Part shown: piece by piece, positions 1 to 10,176 of the stretch
How the letters are laid out: each line of letters opens with the position of its first letter
How positions within the stretch are numbered: the first letter of the stretch is position 1
IMG/VR virus record: IMGVR_UViG_3300031957_002411
Span: 32,001-96,000 of that record
Length of the DNA: 64,000 nucleotides
Reading direction: 5' to 3' (one strand)
Source: a virus
Notes under the pieces: model-generated
What the model was told of the DNA's origin: nothing
Databases searched by the model: none
What the model saw: only the letters and a program-made list of their open reading frames with translations
Translations under genes and position numbers: made by a program

Positions 1-62
1 TAAATCCAGTACAGGAAGTAGCCTGCGCTGGAGGTAAATGTGATATTATTTAGGAGGTTATA

Positions 63-488
63 ATGGTTTTTGTGCATTTTAAATTGTTGAACGGAGTAGC
101 AACCAAACCAACTAAGGCTCACCGTGGTGACGCTGGCTATGATTTGTACTCATCTGAGGATACAGTCATTGTTGGCAGACAACGTACAACTATAAAAACG
201 GGAGTCTCTTTAGATATGTCAGAGGGTATGGCTGGATTAATCTGGCCTCGTTCTGGCCTTTCTGTTAAAAAGGGACTAGATGTTTTAGCTGGAGTCGTGG
301 ACTCTGGCTATAGGGGAGAGATCATGGTTTGTTTATACAATACTTCTGACGAAGATGTAGAAATAAATTGTGGGGATAGAATCGCGCAGATTATATTCCA
401 AGAGGTTCCTCTAGTTTCTCTAATAGAATCAGAAAAATTAGAGACCTCGCAACGAGGGAGTAATGGTTTTGGCAGCACAGGCATTTAA
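63..488 (+). CDS. dut: dUTPase (trimeric)
   Basis: Motifs AGYDL, PRSGLS, GVVDSGYRGEI, GDRIAQ, RGSNGFGSTG; AGGAGG RBS upstream. Confidence 0.97.
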   Translation: MVFVHFKLLNGVATKPTKAHRGDAGYDLYSSEDTVIVGRQRTTIKTGVSLDMSEGMAGLIWPRSGLSVKKGLDVLAGVVDSGYRGEIMVCLYNTSDEDVEINCGDRIAQIIFQEVPLVSLIESEKLETSQRGSNGFGSTGI

Positions 489-1146
489 TAATAGAAAAAA
501 GCGTAAAGAACAAAAAGCAAGCAAACCAAACGTTCTGGAGGCTAAGACTGAAAACCAAAAAGATTATATAAGATCAATAGTAGAAAACGACGTTGTTTTC
601 TGTACTGGACCTTCTGGTAGTGGTAAATCATTTATCGCTGCTGGAATTGCAGCACAAAAGATTTTAAAAGACGAGATAGACATGATCATTGTAACTCGTC
701 CTTTAGTTTGTGCAGGTAAAGATATTGGATCTTTGCCGGGAGAACTGAATGAGAAAATTAAACCTTATCTACAACCTATGGAAGAAAATCTACGTTACTT
801 TCTAGGTAGAGATAAGTTTGGTTATTATTTCAATCAGCGTAGGATAAGATTTGAGCCGTTAGAAACAATGCGTGGATCTACGTTTCATGATTCTTACATG
901 ATTTTAGATGAAGCGCAAAACTGTACACTAGAACAAATTAAAATGTTTGTTACACGTATGGGTAGACATTCTAAAGCTCTTATAAATGGTGATAATAAAC
1001 AGACAGATATCTATAAATATACTGGATTAGATACCTGTATGCAAAAATTATCCAATGTTACTGGGGTCGGAATCTCTAAATTAGAGTATCATGATATACA
1101 GAGGAATGGAATTATTGGGGCAGTATTGTACGCACTGGAGAGTTAA
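463..1146 (+). CDS. phoH: PhoH-like ATPase
   Basis: GPSGSGKS Walker A, TRP, GSLPG, MRGSTF, ILDEAQN, TRMG, GDNKQTD; exact start uncertain. Confidence 0.95.
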   Translation: MVLAAQAFNNRKKRKEQKASKPNVLEAKTENQKDYIRSIVENDVVFCTGPSGSGKSFIAAGIAAQKILKDEIDMIIVTRPLVCAGKDIGSLPGELNEKIKPYLQPMEENLRYFLGRDKFGYYFNQRRIRFEPLETMRGSTFHDSYMILDEAQNCTLEQIKMFVTRMGRHSKALINGDNKQTDIYKYTGLDTCMQKLSNVTGVGISKLEYHDIQRNGIIGAVLYALES

Positions 1147-1484
1147 TGTTATACGATTATGGATGCCACGAATGTGGTGAGACTCTAAAGGATGTCAAAC
1201 AATCTATTCATGATGAAGCACTAACACTATGCCCATCGTGTGGTAAACATTCCTTAGAAAGAGTACCATATGGTGGGCTAGGTTCTTTTATGAAGCATGG
1301 ATCTAATACTATTGGTAGTCAAGCTGATAAGAACTGGTCTAACATGGGTCATTATCAAAAATCAGAAATTGAGTCTAAACGCAAGAGAGATCCTGCGGCA
1401 GAAAAGAAAAGGCAAGAGCGAAAAGAAATTAATAAAATGACAGCAAAGCAAAAGGAAAGGTATATAAAAACAGGTGAAAAATGA
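1146..1484 (+). CDS. FmdB-family zinc-ribbon protein
   Basis: YDYGCHECG...CPSCGK N-terminus typical of FmdB/CxxC_CxxC_SSSS proteins. Confidence 0.75.
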   Translation: MLYDYGCHECGETLKDVKQSIHDEALTLCPSCGKHSLERVPYGGLGSFMKHGSNTIGSQADKNWSNMGHYQKSEIESKRKRDPAAEKKRQERKEINKMTAKQKERYIKTGEK

Positions 1485-1819
1485 AATACGTTGAAAAATA
1501 CTCTGTAAAAGATGACAAAAAAGAAACTGACAATAAGCAATATAATTCTTATGGAGAAACAGTGTCAACAGGAGAAGAGAAGATTTATGCAGAATACAAA
1601 GCTATAACTCTATCAGACAGTGTTCAAAAAAAGTTTTTTGTGCTTACATCTAATGGAAGTCTATTTGACCCAAGAGGAACAGATAGCCATAGAATAAATA
1701 CCATTCGTACAGAACTAAAGTCAACATCAAAACAAACATTTGATTATTATTTACAATATCTTAAAACTAAAAATACTTTATACATGCGTAGAGCAGAGAG
1801 GAGTTTTATCAATGGCTAA
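1481..1819 (+). CDS. hypothetical phage protein
   Basis: Overlaps neighbours in the operon; no recognised motif. Confidence 0.7.
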   Translation: MKYVEKYSVKDDKKETDNKQYNSYGETVSTGEEKIYAEYKAITLSDSVQKKFFVLTSNGSLFDPRGTDSHRINTIRTELKSTSKQTFDYYLQYLKTKNTLYMRRAERSFING

Positions 1820-2114
1820 AAAAGGACCAATTAGTAAGATAGAAGCATTCTATATTGAAAGCAAGCAACGAGATCTGACTTTGGCAGAAATTGCAGTTGA
1901 TCTAGATAGGTCAGTATCTTCAATTGAAAAGTATCTCAAGAAATCTGTAGCTGAAGCGCCCAGACAAACTGGTGTTAAAGTTGGCGATCAATTTGCTAGA
2001 AATGACAGAGGTAGCGTTGTAATGACAGAAAATGCTTCACAGATGTCAGACGAAAAAAGAAAGAGTTCTGTTAGAAAACCTCAACATTGTGTAACTAAGA
2101 TTAAGAAGGACTAA
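1812..2114 (+). CDS. small protein with probable helix-turn-helix
   Basis: Start moved to ATG 1812 (GAGAGGAG RBS); LTLAEIAVDLDRSVSSIEKYL is HTH-like. Confidence 0.6.
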   Translation: MAKKGPISKIEAFYIESKQRDLTLAEIAVDLDRSVSSIEKYLKKSVAEAPRQTGVKVGDQFARNDRGSVVMTENASQMSDEKRKSSVRKPQHCVTKIKKD

Positions 2115-2551
2115 TGAGCTATATTTTTGGTAAAGATCAATGGCTAATACGTTATCGCAAACCAGAGAACAGAAGGAAGATCTGGATTTATGTAGTGACC
2201 TCTGATGGTCAAGACATATTTATGGATGACTACAAGCACTGGTTAACATTCCAAGATTATATTGATAAGAATAATTTACAAATTAAAAAGATTGGTCTAC
2301 AATTCAAGTCAACAGTAGTACAGCATGACGTTGAAGATGCTGAAGCAGTGTATGTTATAAAATCTGTAAAAGGAGAATTACATGCAGAAACTCTTCAGTG
2401 CTACACTTTGGGCTTGTTAAAAGATGGAAAAGTTAGTAAAACATTTTACATACTACCTTCCTTGGTACGTGATATAAGATGTGTTGACGATTTTGAAGGT
2501 TGTTTTAAAGAGGCTTTTGTATACAATGTCAGACAGAGCGAAACCATTTAG
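2114..2551 (+). CDS. hypothetical phage protein
   Basis: TAATG coupling to the upstream gene; no recognised motif. Confidence 0.7.
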   Translation: MSYIFGKDQWLIRYRKPENRRKIWIYVVTSDGQDIFMDDYKHWLTFQDYIDKNNLQIKKIGLQFKSTVVQHDVEDAEAVYVIKSVKGELHAETLQCYTLGLLKDGKVSKTFYILPSLVRDIRCVDDFEGCFKEAFVYNVRQSETI

Positions 2552-3047
2552 TCAGAAGTATCAAAAGCAATGGTCTGAAACACATAAGTACAAACATATT
2601 CACACTGGTGAGTATTGTACATTTGAATCATACCTTGCTGAATATTTGATTATCAGATGGACAGAAGCTTTCAAGATGGAAAAACCATCTTATAAATTCT
2701 GGACAGTGGGTGATAAATATCATGACATGTTTATGAGAAACATGAAAGCTGCAAAAGGATTGCAAAAAAAGTTTAAAGAGAGTATAATCTTAGAGGCTAT
2801 CAAGTCAGATCACTTCAAGAAAATATATCACATAGGATTAAAAGCGTATGGACCAAGAGGGTGGAAATATAATCAAGTAGCTGTGCAAGCTATTAAGAAC
2901 TATAACAAAGAGGTAAAGGATGCTGAAAAGCTAGCAAATAAATCCAAGCAAACAAAAAAAATAGTTGAAGAAAAGAAAGAAGTCAAAAGAAGAAAACAAG
3001 TATATTCAAAAAGTAAAAAATCATTAAACAAATTGAGGGATCTATGA
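2526..3047 (+). CDS. hypothetical basic phage protein
   Basis: Probable ATG at 2526; ATGA overlap with recA. Confidence 0.65.
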   Translation: MSDRAKPFSQKYQKQWSETHKYKHIHTGEYCTFESYLAEYLIIRWTEAFKMEKPSYKFWTVGDKYHDMFMRNMKAAKGLQKKFKESIILEAIKSDHFKKIYHIGLKAYGPRGWKYNQVAVQAIKNYNKEVKDAEKLANKSKQTKKIVEEKKEVKRRKQVYSKSKKSLNKLRDL

Positions 3048-4156
3048 GCAAGTTAAAAAAGAAAAAGATAGCAAACAAATTTGATACCGATGTTGTAAGT
3101 AATTCAATTGTTAGCAAGTATGGCGATGTTGTTTGCACTGGCACAGATGTACTAGAAACTATCAATAGATTAGAGGTTATTGGTGTTTCCCCTGCGTTGG
3201 ATATTGCGCTTGGCGGTGGCTTGAGGGAAGGTTCTGTTGTTGTAATGACAGGCGATCCCAAGTCAGGCAAAACAACAACAGCATTACACTTTGCAGCAAA
3301 GTGTCAAGCCAAAGGAAAGCGTGTGATTTACCTAAATACTGAAGGTAGATTATCAAAACAAAACTTTGATGGTATTAAGGGTCTAGACCCTGAAGGTATT
3401 CTAATTGTGCAATCTACAGATGATAAGATTTTATCAGCAGAAGAATTTTTAAACATTACAGAGTATTATATTAATAATGATCCGGGTTGCTTGATCATTG
3501 CAGATTCGTTGTCCAACATGGTTCCATCAGTAGAGCTAGATGGTGAAGTGCGTACAGGTGTGCGTAACGCATTACCTCGATTGCTATCTATGTTTTTCAA
3601 GCGTATCAGTGGTTCGCTAATGAAGAACAAGACTATTCTCATAGCTGTAACTCATAATATTGCAAATACTGGTGGATCACCATATGCTCCAGCAAAGATG
3701 GCAGACTGTGGCAACATGCTACAGTATCAGGCTGGCACTAATATGGTAATCACACACCGTGGGCGTTGGCAAGTACCAAAAGATACTGGGCCTCACGTTG
3801 GTCAAATTGCCAACTGGAATATCAAAACATCTTGTGCTGGCGGTACTCCCAACAGCACAGCAGAAAGTTGGATTAGATACGGAATTGGTCTAGATGAAGT
3901 CCAAGAAGTAGTTCAAATTGCTTGTGAGTTTAGACTAATAAAAGCCGCTGGAGCTTGGTACACAATACAGTGTGCTGTTGATAACTTAGAAGATCCGGTA
4001 GTACAGAACATACTATCTGCCAATAAAATTTCTGATAAACCAGAAGATATAGAAAGATTTTTTAAATTTCAAGGTGCTAATAATTTAGCGACATTTCTTA
4101 ATGATAATCCAGACATTGCGACATTTGTATACGACAAAATAAAGGAATTATTTTGA
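3044..4156 (+). CDS. recA: RecA/UvsX-like recombinase
   Basis: ALDIALGGG, Walker A GDPKSGKTT, YLNTEG, Walker B IIADSL, AAGAWY C-terminal motif. Confidence 0.92.
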   Translation: MSKLKKKKIANKFDTDVVSNSIVSKYGDVVCTGTDVLETINRLEVIGVSPALDIALGGGLREGSVVVMTGDPKSGKTTTALHFAAKCQAKGKRVIYLNTEGRLSKQNFDGIKGLDPEGILIVQSTDDKILSAEEFLNITEYYINNDPGCLIIADSLSNMVPSVELDGEVRTGVRNALPRLLSMFFKRISGSLMKNKTILIAVTHNIANTGGSPYAPAKMADCGNMLQYQAGTNMVITHRGRWQVPKDTGPHVGQIANWNIKTSCAGGTPNSTAESWIRYGIGLDEVQEVVQIACEFRLIKAAGAWYTIQCAVDNLEDPVVQNILSANKISDKPEDIERFFKFQGANNLATFLNDNPDIATFVYDKIKELF

Positions 4157-4222
4157 ATATAGAAACTATACTAAATATATGTGCTGGAATTATACTTGCA
4201 AAAATTCTAATAGGAGTTGTTA

Positions 4223-4645
4223 ATGAAGGTTACTGGTATAAATGGCAAAGAATACGCTTGGAATTTAACAAGCTATTCCGTAGACGCAAACGACAAACGC
4301 AAGCGGTCAAAGTTCCACGTTCGCGCAAGAGAACTCTTGAAGACTATCTTCCATAGCTACAGGATACTAGAAGAAGTTAAATTACCGGGAAGTACTGAAT
4401 CGCACAGAAAAGGTGTACTATATTTAGATTTTTATATACCACAGATTATGATGGCTATAGAGGTTCATGGTCAACAACATTATGAATACACACCATTCTT
4501 CCACAAGAATAAAGCAGACTTTGCACTTGCGCAAGCCAAAGATGATGATAAGATTAGATGGTGCGAATTAAATAAAATTGATATAATAGTATTAAAGCAC
4601 TCTGACACAGACGAGCAATGGAGAGATCAAATTGAAAACGGTTAA
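4223..4645 (+). CDS. PD-(D/E)XK / DUF559 (Vsr-like) endonuclease
   Basis: LYLDFY...AIEVHGQQHY...DDDKIRWCELNKI pattern. Confidence 0.75.
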   Translation: MKVTGINGKEYAWNLTSYSVDANDKRKRSKFHVRARELLKTIFHSYRILEEVKLPGSTESHRKGVLYLDFYIPQIMMAIEVHGQQHYEYTPFFHKNKADFALAQAKDDDKIRWCELNKIDIIVLKHSDTDEQWRDQIENG

Positions 4646-5093
4646 TGAGCAGTTGGCTGACTTGAAGGCTATGGTTGATGAATTTCTAGGTGGCAATAAC
4701 ACTAGATTTGCTAACTTTAAAGAAGAATTTTTACTAGCTGCTGACTTATCCCAAGAACAGATTAGAGCTTTGACTAAGGACGAATTGTTTGAAAATGGAT
4801 ACATTTTATATAGTTATGCTTCATACATACAGGACGAAATGAACATGCAAAAAATTGCACTAGATTGGTGCAATGATAAGCTAGATAAGATGGTAGCTAA
4901 GAATATAAATGAATTTAACCCATATACTAAACACGACATGCGTAGACAGTTGATTGTCATGAATGACGAGTTCGCAAACGCTGTAGATCACTACAGACAG
5001 ATCGCTCACGCAAGAGTGCAATCATTAGAGGGTAAGGTATACGAACTAAAAAGAAAAGCAGATATATTATTAGAGAAAGGTAAAAGATCATGA
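4632..5093 (+). CDS. helical protein, possibly UvsY-like recombination mediator
   Basis: Coiled-coil character, size and position downstream of recA; function inferred only. Confidence 0.45.
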   Translation: MKTVNEQLADLKAMVDEFLGGNNTRFANFKEEFLLAADLSQEQIRALTKDELFENGYILYSYASYIQDEMNMQKIALDWCNDKLDKMVAKNINEFNPYTKHDMRRQLIVMNDEFANAVDHYRQIAHARVQSLEGKVYELKRKADILLEKGKRS

Positions 5094-5509
5094 ATCTAAA
5101 AAGTTTTGTTGATGGTTTAGACAATTCGGAAAGAGAAGAGTTACTAGATATTCTTACAGGACGTATGGATCAGTCTACAACAATGCCACCACACATTGCT
5201 AAGGAGTTTGAGGAAGAAGTTGAAAAACCTCAAAGAGCGCAAGAAGATTTTACAATGCACAAGAATAAAAGTAATAACGGTGTTAAAAATAAGAGAAGAG
5301 AACCAGTAAAAGCTAGAGCAAATACTTGGACAGATACTGGAGAACACAAAGAAGTAGCAACTCCAAATGTGCAAAGGACTCCTAGAAATAGGCCATCGCC
5401 CAAAAAGAAAGATGTTCGATGTAATACTTGTGGCAAAACGTTTAAGGTAAATGCTAGTATTGTGTATGGTGAATACTACAGGTGCGAAAGGTGCGTGGGG
5501 TCACGATAA
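5090..5509 (+). CDS. hypothetical protein with C-terminal zinc finger
   Basis: CNTCGK...RCERC at the C-terminus. Confidence 0.65.
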   Translation: MNLKSFVDGLDNSEREELLDILTGRMDQSTTMPPHIAKEFEEEVEKPQRAQEDFTMHKNKSNNGVKNKRREPVKARANTWTDTGEHKEVATPNVQRTPRNRPSPKKKDVRCNTCGKTFKVNASIVYGEYYRCERCVGSR

Positions 5510-5514
5510 GTATT

Positions 5515-5928
5515 ATGATAAAACGAATAGATTCTAGCCACAATATAGATGAGTACTTTGATTGTGTTAAGGATTTAATGAGAAGTAATGCTAGGCCAGA
5601 TGATGATAAAGAAGCTTTGTCTAAAATCATGTATCCTACAAATAATTATCATGTATATGTTTATATTTATTATGGTAAAATAATTGCTACAAGCGCTATA
5701 ATGTATGAGTACAAAATACGATACACACGACCAAAGGCTTATATTGAAGACGTTGCTGTACACCCAAAGCATAGAGGTAAAGGTCTAGGTAAAAAAATGG
5801 TGGAACACTGCCTGTCTTGTGCTAAAAAAAGAAACTGTTATAAGGTAGTATTGAGTTGTGATGACAATGTTGTAGGTTTTTATGAAAACCTTGGGTTCAA
5901 AAAAGAAATAAACTTTATGGTTAAATAG
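5515..5928 (+). CDS. GNAT acetyltransferase, GNA1 (glucosamine-6-phosphate N-acetyltransferase)-like
   Basis: AYIEDVAVHPKHRGKGLGK, CYKVVLSC, FYENLGF. Confidence 0.8.
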   Translation: MIKRIDSSHNIDEYFDCVKDLMRSNARPDDDKEALSKIMYPTNNYHVYVYIYYGKIIATSAIMYEYKIRYTRPKAYIEDVAVHPKHRGKGLGKKMVEHCLSCAKKRNCYKVVLSCDDNVVGFYENLGFKKEINFMVK

Positions 5929-5929
5929 T

Positions 5930-7399
5930 ATGGAAAAGTTGTTAGATGTTGGTGCAGAACGAGCAGTGCTAGCTGGATTACTCCAGTATGGCATAGATGG
6001 ATATGTTGGAATATCTGATTTGATTACTTCTGAAACGTTTGGGAATACGAATAATCAAATTATATACAACTGTATAGAAAAGATTATTGCTGATGATAAA
6101 TCTGTGGACATAGCATCTATATTATCTGCCGCAGAGCAGCTTAATCATTCAGACATTATTAATACTAAGCAAGAATTGAAATATATAAAATCTCTGATGG
6201 TCTTTCCAGTAAACAGAGACAATATTTTTAATTTTGCAATACAGATGAAAAAGTTTGAATTTGCTAGAAAAATTAAGAAACTTACTAGTAAAGTTCACAA
6301 AGATATGGATGATGTCACTGGTTCTGAAACAATCAATGAAATCATACAGAAATTAGAAGATCCTGTAACAGACTTTCTAAGGGAAGATGATGGCGGTGAG
6401 AATCCAGAAAAAATTGGCTCAGGAGCAGAAGATTATGTCAAATTTCTCGAAGAAAATAAATGCGATATCATTGGTATACCCACGGGATTCGCTAGATATG
6501 ACGAAGCCATTGGGGGTGGTCTTAGACGAAAATGCGTTGACCTTGTATCTGCAAGACCAAAAGTTGGTAAGTCAGTATTCGCTGATAATGTTGCCCTTAA
6601 CGTATCTTCACTAGACATTCCAGTTTTAGTTTTAGATACTGAGATGTCCAAGGAAGATCATCTGAATAGATTAATTGCAAACATAAGCGGCGTTCCCATA
6701 AACGAAGTAGCAACTGGAAAATTTGTAGAAGATCCCTACAAGCAGCAAAAGGTTCAAGAAGCGGTACAAAAATTATCTGACATACCATATAGTTATGTAA
6801 GTGTCGCTGGCAAACCATTTGAACAAATTCTAAATATTATTAAAAGGTGGATAGTACAAGAAGTAAAAACTGATGATTCTGGAAAAACAAATGATTGCGT
6901 GGTCATCTATGACTATCTTAAGCTGATGTCATCTTCATCTATTACAAACAATATTCAAGAATATCAAGCATTAGGATTCCAGATTACCTCTCTTCATAAT
7001 TTATGCGTTAAGCTAGACATACCATGTCTATCTTTCGTGCAATTAAATAGAGATGGAATCACAAAAGAAAGCACGGACGCTGTAAGTGGTTCTGACCGCT
7101 TGATATGGCTGTGTACATCTTTTAGTATATTCAAAACAAAATCTACAGAAGAATTAGCTGAAGATGGACCAAACGCAGGAAACAGAAAGCTTGTACCCAT
7201 TGTTTCTCGTCATGGTGCTGGTATGGATGATGGAGATTACATCAATATGCAGATGCAAGGCGCACACGCAAAACTGATAGAGCTACAATCCAGAAATGAA
7301 TTTAAGAATCAACCAGTAGGCGATACTGGGCTAATCAACAATGACTCTATGAAAAAACTAGCAAATGAACTTAAAACAGATCAAGAAGATGCTGAATGA
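5930..7399 (+). CDS. dnaB: replicative DNA helicase, DnaB family
   Basis: AERAVLAGL, GIPTGF, ARPKVGKS, TEMS, IYDYLKLM, QLNR. Confidence 0.95.
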   Translation: MEKLLDVGAERAVLAGLLQYGIDGYVGISDLITSETFGNTNNQIIYNCIEKIIADDKSVDIASILSAAEQLNHSDIINTKQELKYIKSLMVFPVNRDNIFNFAIQMKKFEFARKIKKLTSKVHKDMDDVTGSETINEIIQKLEDPVTDFLREDDGGENPEKIGSGAEDYVKFLEENKCDIIGIPTGFARYDEAIGGGLRRKCVDLVSARPKVGKSVFADNVALNVSSLDIPVLVLDTEMSKEDHLNRLIANISGVPINEVATGKFVEDPYKQQKVQEAVQKLSDIPYSYVSVAGKPFEQILNIIKRWIVQEVKTDDSGKTNDCVVIYDYLKLMSSSSITNNIQEYQALGFQITSLHNLCVKLDIPCLSFVQLNRDGITKESTDAVSGSDRLIWLCTSFSIFKTKSTEELAEDGPNAGNRKLVPIVSRHGAGMDDGDYINMQMQGAHAKLIELQSRNEFKNQPVGDTGLINNDSMKKLANELKTDQEDAE

Positions 7400-8387
7400 A
7401 AATGCACATCTAGTTTTTGCAGAACTAGGCATGAAGTGTGAAACATTCTCAGACAATATATACTCTACGTGTCCAGTGCATGAGGGCAGCGATAATCCAA
7501 GAGCTTTCTCATTTTCTCCACAAAAAGGTATATGGAAGTGTTGGACGAGGGACTGTCAATCTGAATGTGGAAACGATCTGTTTGGTCTTATCGCTGGAGC
7601 TTTATCTGCACAGGAAGGCAGAACAGTTGAATTTAAAGAAGCTTTAGCTTGGGCGTGTAAGATTTTAAATGTAAAACAAACGTATACCCGTGGAACTCCT
7701 AGTCCAGTAGAAGAATTAGAAGATCCGTTCCAACAAATGATAAATATTATGAGTACCATGCCCGCTCCACATGAACATAAAACAGTGGAGATGGATGTAA
7801 ATATCGAGATACCATCACAGTATTTTGTGGAGAGAAACTATAATAAAAGAACTATGAAACACTTTGGGATTGGCGATTGTTATTCTAAGTGCAAATTAAA
7901 TGAAAGGGCGATAATTCCTATACATGACGAAAGTGGAAAACGATTAATTGGATTGATAGGAAGATCTACTAGAGACTACAGAATACCCAAATTTTTATTT
8001 TATCCTACTGGTTTTGACAAAAGATACTGTTTATACAACTACCACAGGGCAATCAAAAAAGCAATAGAAACCTCTTGCCTCTATATAGTTGAAGGACAAG
8101 GCGATGTCTGGAAACTATACGAAGCGGGAGTTCACAATGCTGTGAGCATCTTTGGTAAAACTGTATCAAGTCAACAACAACAAAAACTAATGAGTATACC
8201 AGTAACACATTTAATTATACTTACTGACAATGATCAAGCAGGAAGAGAGTCTAAGGTTCAAATAAAAAGGGATCTTGGAAGAATGTTCAAGCTTACTTTT
8301 CCAAAGCTAGCTCATAAAGATGTTGGAGATATGAAGGTAAAAGATATTAAATTAAACATTTTATCTAATCTAAAGGGTACTTACTAA
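7365..8387 (+). CDS. dnaG: DNA primase (CHC2 zinc finger + TOPRIM)
   Basis: CPVH...WKCWTRDC, IIPI, IVEGQGDV, TDNDQAG, KDVGD. Confidence 0.93.
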   Translation: MNLKQIKKMLNENAHLVFAELGMKCETFSDNIYSTCPVHEGSDNPRAFSFSPQKGIWKCWTRDCQSECGNDLFGLIAGALSAQEGRTVEFKEALAWACKILNVKQTYTRGTPSPVEELEDPFQQMINIMSTMPAPHEHKTVEMDVNIEIPSQYFVERNYNKRTMKHFGIGDCYSKCKLNERAIIPIHDESGKRLIGLIGRSTRDYRIPKFLFYPTGFDKRYCLYNYHRAIKKAIETSCLYIVEGQGDVWKLYEAGVHNAVSIFGKTVSSQQQQKLMSIPVTHLIILTDNDQAGRESKVQIKRDLGRMFKLTFPKLAHKDVGDMKVKDIKLNILSNLKGTY

Positions 8388-9133
8388 TGGTAAAGATTAT
8401 AGGAATATCAGGAAGAAAACAGGCTGGTAAGAATACAGTCGCTAACTATATAAATGGCGATATACTAAAAACACACGGTATGGTAGATGATTTTTCAATA
8501 AATACTAATGGCGAATTAGAAATAAACACAACTGACTCAAACGGTCACAAAGATTGGGGCGTGTTTGATGTAACCAGAAAAGATAATTCATTTCTTGAGT
8601 ATGCAGAAAAAGAACTTTGGCCTTACGTAAAGCTGTATCATTTTGCAGATTCTCTCAAAGAAATTGCTATAAATTTGTTTGATATCAACGCTGTAAAAGT
8701 TTATGGAACAGACGATCAAAAAAACACAATGACAAAAATAAAATGGCAAAATATGCCTGAGTATAATGGTGATAAATCAGGTAATATGACTATAAGGGAG
8801 TTTCTTCAGCATTTTGGAACAAATGTCATGAGAAAAATAAAAAACGACATATGGGTGTCTGATACCATAAAAAGGATTCTTTTTGAAGATTCTGAGGTAG
8901 CAATTATACCAGACGTTAGATTTCCAAATGAGGTAGATACAATACAGGAAAATGGTGGAATTGTAGTTAGATTAACTAGAGATGTATATACTGATAAACA
9001 CAAATGTGAAGCATCTTTAGATCAAGAAAACTTTAATTGGGATAAGTTTGATTACATTGTTGATAATAATAATTGTAATATAGATAGTCTGTGTGAGTCA
9101 CTGGAACAAATTAAACACATATGGAGTAATTAA
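8387..9133 (+). CDS. deoxynucleoside monophosphate kinase (T4 gp1-like)
   Basis: GISGRKQAGK, FADSLK, REFLQHFGT, PDVRFPNE. Confidence 0.88.
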   Translation: MVKIIGISGRKQAGKNTVANYINGDILKTHGMVDDFSINTNGELEINTTDSNGHKDWGVFDVTRKDNSFLEYAEKELWPYVKLYHFADSLKEIAINLFDINAVKVYGTDDQKNTMTKIKWQNMPEYNGDKSGNMTIREFLQHFGTNVMRKIKNDIWVSDTIKRILFEDSEVAIIPDVRFPNEVDTIQENGGIVVRLTRDVYTDKHKCEASLDQENFNWDKFDYIVDNNNCNIDSLCESLEQIKHIWSN

Positions 9134-10171
9134 ATGTTAGTAACCTACATAAGATCATCTAGTTATAATAATTATGCATACTGTCAAATGCAATACTTTA
9201 TAACATACAATCTTGGGCATCAATCTAAGAGTGGCAAGAAAGCAGACATGGGTACAATGGTACACAAGGTCATGGAAGTTTTAGCTGGATTGAAAAAGTA
9301 CGAGCAAGACAAACCAAAGGTTAAATTTTTAAAAGTAGATGACGACGCTATTGGTAAGTTTAAGTGTAGAAAAGAAGAACTGCATACTGATGAATTAGTA
9401 AATCAATTAATTGATCTCAGCATAGATTCCTATGAAGCAAAGTCTCCCCACAGTTTTAGCAAAACGGATAGATCAGAAATAGCAAAAACCGCTTGGTGCT
9501 TTTTAACTCACAGCGATTGTCAATTCGATCCTAGACTAAGGGATATTCACTATCCAGAACCGCACTTTGATATACCTATTGAAGAAGATTGGGCTAAATT
9601 TGAGTATGAAATAGATGGCAAAAAGGTTACTGGTAGATTAGCAATCAAAGGCACAATTGACCTTGTAACTAAGATTAATGATGATACAATAGAGGTTGTC
9701 GATTGGAAAACAGGCAGGAGAATGGATTGGGCTACGGGGGAAGTCAAAGATTACGAGAAATTAGAGAATGATCCACAGTTATTATTATACTATTATGCAA
9801 TCTCTAAACTATATCCTGAATTTCCTAACAGAATCATGAGTATTTTCTTTTATAAAGACAAGGATGGTAATCCTGACCCGTCGCCTTTCAGTATATGCTT
9901 CTCACCGGAAGATGAAGAAAGATTCTTAGAAATGCTAAAAAATAGAGTAAATGAAATTAGACAAAATATGCTGCCTGAACCCCTAGATCCTAACAGAAAA
10001 CACTGGAAATGCACTGCTTTATGTCATTTTTGCAAGAACAATTGGCCCGGAACTGACGAAAAAATGTGTATTTATATAGAGAAGTACTTGAAAAAACATG
10101 GAATGGAGAAAACTGTTGCTGATTGCAGCAGGGAAGGTTTTGATATAGGATTTTACGAAGCACCGGGATAA
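9134..10171 (+). CDS. PD-(D/E)XK exonuclease (RecB/AddB/Cas4-like, probable Fe-S staple)
   Basis: N-terminal Cys, GTMVHKVME, GTIDL, VDWKTG, QLLLY, C-terminal Cys cluster. Confidence 0.85.
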   Translation: MLVTYIRSSSYNNYAYCQMQYFITYNLGHQSKSGKKADMGTMVHKVMEVLAGLKKYEQDKPKVKFLKVDDDAIGKFKCRKEELHTDELVNQLIDLSIDSYEAKSPHSFSKTDRSEIAKTAWCFLTHSDCQFDPRLRDIHYPEPHFDIPIEEDWAKFEYEIDGKKVTGRLAIKGTIDLVTKINDDTIEVVDWKTGRRMDWATGEVKDYEKLENDPQLLLYYYAISKLYPEFPNRIMSIFFYKDKDGNPDPSPFSICFSPEDEERFLEMLKNRVNEIRQNMLPEPLDPNRKHWKCTALCHFCKNNWPGTDEKMCIYIEKYLKKHGMEKTVADCSREGFDIGFYEAPG

Positions 10172-10176
10172 AGGAT

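Noticed and set aside
4153-4356. 67-aa ORF with a hydrophobic N-terminus overlapping the recA stop
   Set aside because: TTG start and mostly overlapped out of frame by the nuclease gene; cannot be supported, although a small membrane protein is not excluded
9134-10171. Cas4 / CRISPR-Cas system
   Set aside because: No repeat-spacer array or other cas genes; solo PD-(D/E)XK exonucleases are common in phage replication modules
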